This document shows, in pieces, positions 7,907 to 12,142 of a stretch of 12,142 bases of DNA. The stretch lies in the UHGV virus genome UHGV-0116081; one strand, given 5' to 3'. The position numbers and the translations under genes were made by a program. The notes below the pieces were generated by a model, which worked only from the letters and a program-made list of their open reading frames with translations, had not been told where the DNA came from and searched no databases. Position 1 is the first letter of the stretch. Each line of letters opens with the position of its first letter. The stretch comes from a virus.

Positions 7907-7946
7907 TTATGCATTGGCGCGTACATTGCGCCAATGCATAATTTTT
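7907..7946 (+). terminator. intrinsic (Rho-independent) terminator between convergent genes
   Basis: Perfect 14-bp stem TTATGCATTGGCGC / GCGCCAATGCATAA (7907..7920 and 7928..7941) with a 7-nt loop, followed by TTTTT (7942..7946). Starts 15 nt after the GIY-YIG stop; the T-tract abuts the stop of the convergent minus-strand gene. Confidence 0.7.
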
Positions 7947-8304
7947 AACCTTTCTTCATCAACTCTCGTTTGATTTCGTCGGTACGCATCGTGACGTCGG
8001 CAGCAGTGATCGCCTCGTTCAGTTTCACGATGTCTTCGATTTCCTGCGGTGACTTCTCTGCCAGATGGAAAATGGCTGCACGAATCACATCAGAACGGGT
8101 GAACTTCTCAAAACGAGGGATAAACTTCATCATCTCCAACAGTTCGAAGTACTCGTCTTCCAGCGACATTGTGCGGCTTTTAATCTTCTCTTTGCCACGA
8201 GTCGGACGCCCCTGCGGTCTGACTGGCTGGCGCAGTGGAGTGCTGCTTTTGGCCGGTTCTTTAGGCTCATTGCGCTTTGCAAGGTCTCCCATTCTCATGG
8301 ACAT
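7945..8304 (-). CDS. small partition / centromere-binding-like protein (ParG-like, possible ribbon-helix-helix)
   Basis: 119-aa basic protein immediately downstream of parA; its ATG (8304..8302) overlaps the parA stop and is preceded by GGAGGAAG. Disordered Lys/Arg/Pro-rich N-terminus and helical C-terminus (SRTMSLEDEYFELLEMMKFIPRFEKFTRSDVIRAAIFHLAEK). Assignment is by size and context. Confidence 0.55.
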   Translation of the reverse strand: MSMRMGDLAKRNEPKEPAKSSTPLRQPVRPQGRPTRGKEKIKSRTMSLEDEYFELLEMMKFIPRFEKFTRSDVIRAAIFHLAEKSPQEIEDIVKLNEAITAADVTMRTDEIKRELMKKG

Positions 8305-8969
8305 TATTCTTCCTCCAGACTCAAGATGTAATCTACAAACTCTTCGAACTCGGCTTCTGCCTTCTTATCGCGTTCAGCGCCAGTCATTTCAAAGATAGAA
8401 CGACCTGCCTCTTCCGCATCGTCATAAACGTTACGGTTGTACAGATTGACCGGCGCAGCCTCGATGCCGAAAGTTTCGACAATTTCCTTCGCGGCCAGAA
8501 TACGTGATACCTGGGAAGGCAATGACGGACACTGGTTTATTACCGCGCGGATCTTAACTTTCTCGTTCACATTGCGAACGTTGTCGATAATCGGGTCGAT
8601 ATCACGCAGAGATTTCAAATCACGACGTTTAGGGCGCAGCGGGATGATGATTACATCAGCCATAAGCATCGCCAGACGCTGAATTTCGGAGTCAAAGCCA
8701 CCAGCATCTACCACTACATAATCAGTTCGCCCCTGAAGCGATTTAAGATGTTTGACGATGTCGTCCTGCACATAAGCGAACGGGATCAGTTCAAGATCTT
8801 CGTTCTGGCGACGGTCTTCACACCAGCTGGTCGTGGTGCGCTGGATATCGATATCGGTGACGTGAACCTTCTTTTTCTTTTTAACTTTGAGACATACCGC
8901 AATTTGCTGGGCAACGGTAGATTTGCCTGGGCCGCCTTTTGTGCCGCCAACCACAATGATCTTGGTCAT
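8304..8969 (-). CDS. parA: ParA-family partition ATPase (small, type Ib-like)
   Basis: 221-aa ORF with ATG at 8969..8967 and AAGGAAA upstream. Deviant Walker A KGGPGKST within MTKIIVVGGTKGGPGKSTVAQ, and a hydrophobic-D motif YVVVDAGGFD. Contains a lysine run KVKKKKKV encoded by an A-rich tract at about 8867..8884. Confidence 0.9.
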   Translation of the reverse strand: MTKIIVVGGTKGGPGKSTVAQQIAVCLKVKKKKKVHVTDIDIQRTTTSWCEDRRQNEDLELIPFAYVQDDIVKHLKSLQGRTDYVVVDAGGFDSEIQRLAMLMADVIIIPLRPKRRDLKSLRDIDPIIDNVRNVNEKVKIRAVINQCPSLPSQVSRILAAKEIVETFGIEAAPVNLYNRNVYDDAEEAGRSIFEMTGAERDKKAEAEFEEFVDYILSLEEE

Positions 8970-9115
8970 TGGTGAGTTTCCTTTGCGTGAATTATTGTCG
9001 TATGAAACAACTTGTTTTCTTATATGCGATATAGCCTAAATGCCTACGGCTGCGGTGTAAAGGTTATTTAGTAGGTTGTTATTGCCTATTGCTAGTAATT
9101 GTTATCATTTGTCTG

Positions 9116-9144
9116 TTGAAAAAAGTGACAATCATCTCTATATT
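9116..9144 (+). promoter_or_regulatory. candidate sigma70-type promoter (-35 TTGAAA, 17-bp spacer, -10 TATATT) facing the toxin-antitoxin operon
   Basis: Hexamers read directly at 9116..9121 and 9139..9144, each 5/6 to consensus, with a 17-bp spacer. The predicted start lies inside the inverted repeat at 9147..9169. Confidence 0.35.
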
Positions 9145-9146
9145 AC

Positions 9147-9169
9147 GTGTACGGTAAATTGCCGTACAC
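9147..9169. promoter_or_regulatory. inverted repeat GTGTACGG-N7-CCGTACAC overlapping the predicted transcription start (candidate operator)
   Basis: 8-bp perfect arms with a 7-bp spacer, read directly; sits just downstream of the candidate -10. Confidence 0.35.
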
Positions 9170-9190
9170 AATTTGATGACACATACGCAA

Positions 9191-9204
9191 TGGGCTATAG
9201 CCCA
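9191..9204. promoter_or_regulatory. 14-bp perfect palindrome TGGGCTATAGCCCA
   Basis: Exact self-complementary sequence. The core TATAGCC also occurs at 9030..9036, about 166 bp away. Candidate regulator or centromere-type binding site in the parA / TA intergenic region. Confidence 0.3.
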
Positions 9205-9250
9205 GTTAAATAACCTTTGAGTCGAAAACTCAGTTTAAATAGAGAGCAAT

Positions 9251-9277
9251 GATGGCCTTCCTACATCACCGGCCATC
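9251..9277. promoter_or_regulatory. inverted repeat GATGGCC-N13-GGCCATC immediately upstream of the antitoxin RBS
   Basis: 7-bp perfect arms read directly, ending 12 nt before the antitoxin ATG (9289), next to the AGGGGG Shine-Dalgarno. Position fits an autoregulatory operator. Confidence 0.3.
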
Positions 9278-9288
9278 AGGGGGTACAC

Positions 9289-9558
9289 ATGTCCGCACTG
9301 AAAAAGCAGCGCATCGATTTGAGATTAACCGATGACGATAAAAGCATCATCGAGGAAGCTGCCGCAATGTCTAACCAGAGCATTACCCAGTTCATGGTTA
9401 GCAGTGCATCCGAACGTGCCGTGAAGGTGATAGAGCAACACCGTAGACTGGTTCTAAGTGAAGAGTCCTGGAATCTGGTTATGGATGCTATAAGCAATCC
9501 TCCGGCACCGAACGACAAGCTGAAACGAGCTGCCAATCGTCTGAAAAGCATGGAGTAA
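9289..9558 (+). CDS. DUF1778-type (TacA/AtaR-like) antitoxin, ribbon-helix-helix
   Basis: 89-aa ORF with ATG at 9289 and AGGGGG about 5 nt upstream. Sequence pattern (KKQRIDLRLTDDDKSIIEEAAAMSNQSITQFMVSSASERAVKVIEQHRR...) matches the length and layout of DUF1778 antitoxins that pair with GNAT toxins, and it sits directly upstream of a GNAT ORF. Confidence 0.8.
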   Translation: MSALKKQRIDLRLTDDDKSIIEEAAAMSNQSITQFMVSSASERAVKVIEQHRRLVLSEESWNLVMDAISNPPAPNDKLKRAANRLKSME

Positions 9559-9565
9559 TTTACTC

Positions 9566-10087
9566 GTGAGCAATACGACGATCGAGATTTTCTCTGGAGA
9601 GAACGATTATGATCTAAACGGTTTTGATTGCGGCGAAGAGTCACTAAACGCATTTTTGACCAACCACTTAAAAAGACAGCATGAAGGAAAAATTCTTCGC
9701 GCTTATGTGCTTTGCACTAAAGAAGAAATACCAAAGGTATTAGGTTATTACACTTTGTCAGGCAGCTGCTTTGAGAAAGAAACCTTACCTTCAAAGAGTC
9801 AGCAAAAGAAAGTGCCTTATCGGAATGTCCCAAGTATCACTTTAGGCAGACTGGCTTTGGACAAATCTCTTCAAGGTCAGGGGCTTGGCTCAATGCTTGT
9901 AACTCACGCAATGCGTGTTGTGTACAATGCATCTCTTGCGGTAGGCATTCATGGGCTTTTCGTTGAGGCGTTGAACGATAAAGCCAGGGCGTTTTATAAA
10001 AGTTTGGGCTTTATCCAGCTGGTTGGTAACAACGATCGTTCTTTGTTCTATCCAACAAAATCTATCGAAAAATTGTTCGAAGAATAA
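9566..10087 (+). CDS. GNAT-family acetyltransferase toxin (TacT/AtaT/ItaT-like)
   Basis: 173-aa ORF with a GTG start at 9566, 7 nt after the antitoxin stop, with GGAG inside the antitoxin 3' end. GNAT acetyl-CoA-binding region (ITLGRLALDKSLQGQGLGSMLVTHAM) and overall pattern typical of toxin-type GNATs. Confidence 0.8.
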   Translation: MSNTTIEIFSGENDYDLNGFDCGEESLNAFLTNHLKRQHEGKILRAYVLCTKEEIPKVLGYYTLSGSCFEKETLPSKSQQKKVPYRNVPSITLGRLALDKSLQGQGLGSMLVTHAMRVVYNASLAVGIHGLFVEALNDKARAFYKSLGFIQLVGNNDRSLFYPTKSIEKLFEE

Positions 10088-10093
10088 TGTGTC

Positions 10094-10109
10094 CCCCTCA
10101 TTTGAGGGG
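10094..10109. other. short GC-rich hairpin between the convergent toxin and o-spanin genes (CCCCTCA / TGAGGGG)
   Basis: 7-nt complementary arms with a minimal loop, read directly. No clean T-tract on either side, so only a weak terminator candidate. Confidence 0.25.
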
Positions 10110-10119
10110 AACTTCGACA

Positions 10120-10335
10120 TCACCAACCGCAAACTCTCTCTCCCATCGTATTGTGAAAAAGGATTTGGCGTTCGGTTTCTTCGGTCATTACATCGTCATT
10201 GCTGATATAAATAGGTTCAGCGCCATCGCAGAACAACACGCTGGTGGTCTGTGGCTTAATTACGCACCCACTTATCATGCAGCTCACGATGAATGGCAGA
10301 AGCATCTTTCTGACGTATTTCACTGTTCGTCTCAT
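10120..10335 (-). CDS. o-spanin-like outer-membrane lipoprotein (Rz1-like), overlapped with the i-spanin gene
   Basis: 71-aa ORF with ATG at 10335..10333. N-terminus MRRTVKYVRKMLLPFIVSCMISGC has a basic n-region, hydrophobic core and lipobox I-S-G-C; short mature part ends in a Cys (RVCGW). Its 5' end overlaps the 3' end of the i-spanin ORF (10256..10335) in another frame, the classic overlapped spanin layout. Confidence 0.5.
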   Translation of the reverse strand: MRRTVKYVRKMLLPFIVSCMISGCVIKPQTTSVLFCDGAEPIYISNDDVMTEETERQILFHNTMGERVCGW

Positions 10336-10507
10336 TCACCACTTCCACTGTGCTTTGAAGACGCTTGTTATCTTCCCGCCGTTCTTTCTCTTCCATACTG
10401 CGTCTGGCCATATACCCGCCATAGGAGTATGCGCCGACAAGGACTAGAATGACGGCGGCCAGAGTGAACAAAGCGGATTTCATTTTGAACAACAGGCCGT
10501 CGAACAT
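10256..10507 (-). CDS. i-spanin-like protein (Rz-like; N-terminal transmembrane anchor plus charged periplasmic helix)
   Basis: 83-aa ORF with ATG at 10507..10505, 2 nt after the endolysin-like stop. N-terminal TMD (ALFTLAAVILVLVGAYSYGGY) followed by a Glu/Arg/Lys-rich predicted coiled coil. Shorter than typical Rz. Confidence 0.5.
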   Translation of the reverse strand: MFDGLLFKMKSALFTLAAVILVLVGAYSYGGYMARRSMEEKERREDNKRLQSTVEVVNETNSEIRQKDASAIHRELHDKWVRN

Positions 10508-10509
10508 AC

Positions 10510-11202
10510 TTACACTAATCCTTTCTGGTGCTTGCGAACCTGGGACCAGGCAATGAATGCTGCCACAAGAATGGTAGCTACGCCAAAGATGATGCGTACC
10601 GTATCTCCACTGGAGATATTGCCTTGCGCTTTATCCATTGCGGCAGAAACTTGAGGCATAACGTCAGCAATTTGTGCAAGGCCAATACCTGCAGTGACTG
10701 TAGCACCTGTGGTTTCTTTTGTTACAGGAACGGCTTTTACAGCCTTTACCGGTTTGACAATGCCGGCACGTCGCAGACCTTCTTCGATAAGTTCTGGTGT
10801 ATACCAGCTATTGGGAGTTTTCAGCGGACCTCGGCCATTTTCATGTCTAATGATCGCCTCTACCAGCGGTCTTAAGGTCTCGTAGTCATGCAGATCGATA
10901 ATCATATCTGGTGCTACTCCAACGGCTTTGGATACCTCGTTCACATAAGCCAAAGTGTTGTTCTCATGTGGAGGCGCCCAGCGTTCGATGACTTCGCGGA
11001 TCGTATCAATGCTGGAGCCATCTTTTGCGCGGCGCTTGTCGTGGTAAGTAATGAGTGTCACTGCCAATGCCCGAATCCCCCACACGGGGTCTTTAAACGT
11101 GCAGAAGCGCGGTTCTGAAGAGTTGTTGACTAAGCCCTGCCACGGCGCTCCTTTATCAAGATTACCGGGGTTGTTATTACGAATGCCTCTCGGAGTTTTC
11201 AT
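10510..11202 (-). CDS. endolysin-like protein (peptidoglycan hydrolase candidate) with a C-terminal transmembrane segment
   Basis: Start placed at ATG 11202..11200 (MKTPRGIRNNNPGNL...) because AGGAGA lies 8 nt upstream; the track's start at 11229 lacks this. Sits between a holin-like gene and the spanin pair. Contains the motif GIRNNNPGN, which I associate only vaguely with phage lysis proteins; the catalytic family is not identified. C-terminal hydrophobic stretch IIFGVATILVAAFIAW. Confidence 0.45.
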   Translation of the reverse strand: MKTPRGIRNNNPGNLDKGAPWQGLVNNSSEPRFCTFKDPVWGIRALAVTLITYHDKRRAKDGSSIDTIREVIERWAPPHENNTLAYVNEVSKAVGVAPDMIIDLHDYETLRPLVEAIIRHENGRGPLKTPNSWYTPELIEEGLRRAGIVKPVKAVKAVPVTKETTGATVTAGIGLAQIADVMPQVSAAMDKAQGNISSGDTVRIIFGVATILVAAFIAWSQVRKHQKGLV

Positions 11203-11215
11203 CCTTGATCTCCTG

Positions 11216-11551
11216 TTATTGCAATCCATTTTTTACGCCATACGCGGCCAATCCTAAAAGCAGTACGGTAATAATGAACGACGTTATTTTCGAAACAATG
11301 CCGCCAAAGAACCCACTGGAGATGGTGTCGAGCCGGTTAAGAAGTTTGTCCAGATTGGAGTGCTGAATGCTGTGTTGTGCGGGCGTCATATCGCCAAAGT
11401 AGGTTTTGAGCTGGTCATTGACCTCCTGACCAATTTCCTCGCGTATTTCTTTACCTAATTTGCCTACGACTTCCCGAGCAACGATTGAGGCGATGCGCTC
11501 AACCTGTTCAGTTGTGACTCCCGCCATCTCGTTCGACATGTTTTCCTCCAT
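11216..11551 (-). CDS. holin-like small membrane protein (single C-terminal TMD)
   Basis: 111-aa ORF with ATG at 11551..11549, directly upstream of the endolysin-like gene. Hydrophilic N-terminal ~85 aa, then one strongly hydrophobic segment (FGGIVSKITSFIITVLLLGLAAYGV). Assignment is by context and topology, not homology. Confidence 0.4.
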   Translation of the reverse strand: MEENMSNEMAGVTTEQVERIASIVAREVVGKLGKEIREEIGQEVNDQLKTYFGDMTPAQHSIQHSNLDKLLNRLDTISSGFFGGIVSKITSFIITVLLLGLAAYGVKNGLQ

Positions 11552-11599
11552 GAAAAGTCAAATCGGGATGGCGTGTTTATATCATATTTTAACCATTTG

Positions 11600-11623
11600 T
11601 AGTAGGTATGTACTTACCTACTA
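11600..11623. promoter_or_regulatory. 24-bp near-perfect palindrome TAGTAGGTATGTACTTACCTACTA upstream of the lysis cassette
   Basis: 11 of 12 base pairs symmetric about the centre (one T/T mismatch). Lies in the 121-bp AT-rich gap between the tfa stop and the holin-like start, about 50 bp upstream of the latter. Confidence 0.4.
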
Positions 11624-11654
11624 TATATCTTGCAAACTAATCGTTGTTAATAAT

Positions 11655-11669
11655 GCAGATATAATCTGC
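11655..11669 (-). other. short hairpin GCAGAT-ATA-ATCTGC just downstream of the tfa stop
   Basis: 6-bp perfect arms with a 3-nt spacer, starting 4 nt after the tfa stop codon. No U-tract follows, so it is a weak terminator candidate or a protein-binding site. Confidence 0.25.
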
Positions 11670-11672
11670 CCC

Positions 11673-12142
11673 TTACTCTGCTGGTATTGTTGGCCAGTCA
11701 ATATCCGGTGCCGTTGATGTGTCAATGCGGTTCAATAAAACTCTATACTTCTTCCATGCAGTCAGCAACGATGCTTCTTCCTCCGTTGCAATCTCCAAAT
11801 CTACAGCATCCTGAAGTGGCGCAATGTGCTCGCTGGCTACCTGCATCAGACTTTTTTTTGTTTCTTCCGCTTCCCGTACCTGAAACAATTTTTCTGTTTC
11901 CTCATCCTTCTCCCAGGATGTGCCGTCCCACTTCTGATATTCCCCATCCGGTGATAACCAGGTGACATTTTCCGGTAATGGCCCAAGTTCAGAAATAAAC
12001 AACGCGTCCCCTGATTCCACGTCATAGACCGTTTTACCCCTGTGGTCTTCAACGAGACTCCATGATTTATTTTCGCTGTTGAATACGGCCACGAAGCCTG
12101 CCGGAATATCTGGCGGTGCAATATCGGTACTGTTTGCTGGCA
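11673..12142 (-). CDS. tfa: tail fiber assembly protein (Tfa family), N-terminus beyond window end
   Basis: C-terminal sequence ...[61 protein letters not shown] closely matches what I recall of enterobacterial prophage Tfa proteins. The track's GTG start at 12092 is probably internal: the frame stays open upstream to the window edge (...[25 protein letters not shown]...), which also matches the Tfa N-terminal region. Confidence 0.85.
   Translation of the reverse strand, partial: PANSTDIAPPDIPAGFVAVFNSENKSWSLVEDHRGKTVYDVESGDALFISELGPLPENVTWLSPDGEYQKWDGTSWEKDEETEKLFQVREAEETKKSLMQVASEHIAPLQDAVDLEIATEEEASLLTAWKKYRVLLNRIDTSTAPDIDWPTIPAE

Noticed and set aside
7970-8682. Plus-strand ORFs 7970..8398, 8065..8331, 8277..8507 and 8437..8682 overlapping the par genes
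   Set aside because: Antisense shadow ORFs of the ParA / partner genes, with low-complexity translations and no ribosome-binding sites.
8867-8884. The A-rich tract in parA as a programmed frameshift site
   Set aside because: The ParA reading frame is continuous and complete through the tract with all motifs in one frame; there is no evidence of an alternative downstream frame. Noted only as a potential slippage-prone site.
9276-9653. Minus-strand ORF 9276..9653 (125 aa) antisense to the antitoxin
   Set aside because: Overlaps a well-supported antitoxin gene on the opposite strand; Arg/Ser-rich translation with no motif.
10023-10452. Plus-strand ORFs 10023..10205, 10087..10452 and 10244..10447 across the spanin region
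   Set aside because: Antisense to the spanin pair, which shows a signal peptide, lipobox and transmembrane-plus-coiled-coil features on the minus strand. The plus-strand translations have none.
11203-11229. Longer endolysin start MDCNNRRSRM at 11229, overlapping the holin-like gene
   Set aside because: A strong AGGAGA Shine-Dalgarno lies 8 nt upstream of the internal ATG at 11202 and falls inside the proposed extension; the upstream ATG has no such site.
1-12142. CRISPR array, tRNA/tmRNA, rRNA, transposase/IS element or integrase with att site
   Set aside because: I found no regularly spaced direct repeats, no cloverleaf-like ~75-nt segment I could recognise by eye, and no ORF with transposase or integrase motifs. 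tRNA detection by eye is unreliable, so a tRNAscan/Infernal run would be needed to exclude small RNAs.

Overview
This 12.1 kb window reads as a mosaic phage-plasmid-like segment from an enterobacterial-type genome, with about 19 genes and short AT-rich intergenic regions. All calls rest on reading the six-frame translations for motifs; no database search was possible. From left to right: a translationally coupled minus-strand cluster of three unrecognised ORFs (the last runs off the window start); an AT-rich island carrying a divergent lipoprotein and a secreted Sel1-repeat protein; a minus-strand replication operon (unknown 241-aa protein, DnaB-like helicase, zinc-ribbon/TOPRIM primase); a free-standing GIY-YIG nuclease-domain gene with its own strong terminator; a small ParA plus small centromere-binding-like partner (type Ib-like partition); a DUF1778/GNAT toxin-antitoxin pair; a minus-strand lysis cassette (holin-like, endolysin-like, overlapped i-/o-spanin pair); and a tail fiber assembly gene running off the window end. 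No rRNA, tRNA, CRISPR array, transposase or integrase was recognised. The best candidates for something undescribed are the GIY-YIG protein with an unrecognised C-terminal domain, the three-gene cluster at the left edge, and the unknown first gene of the replication operon. The supplied ORF track uses GTG/TTG as well as ATG starts, so several starts were re-placed by hand.
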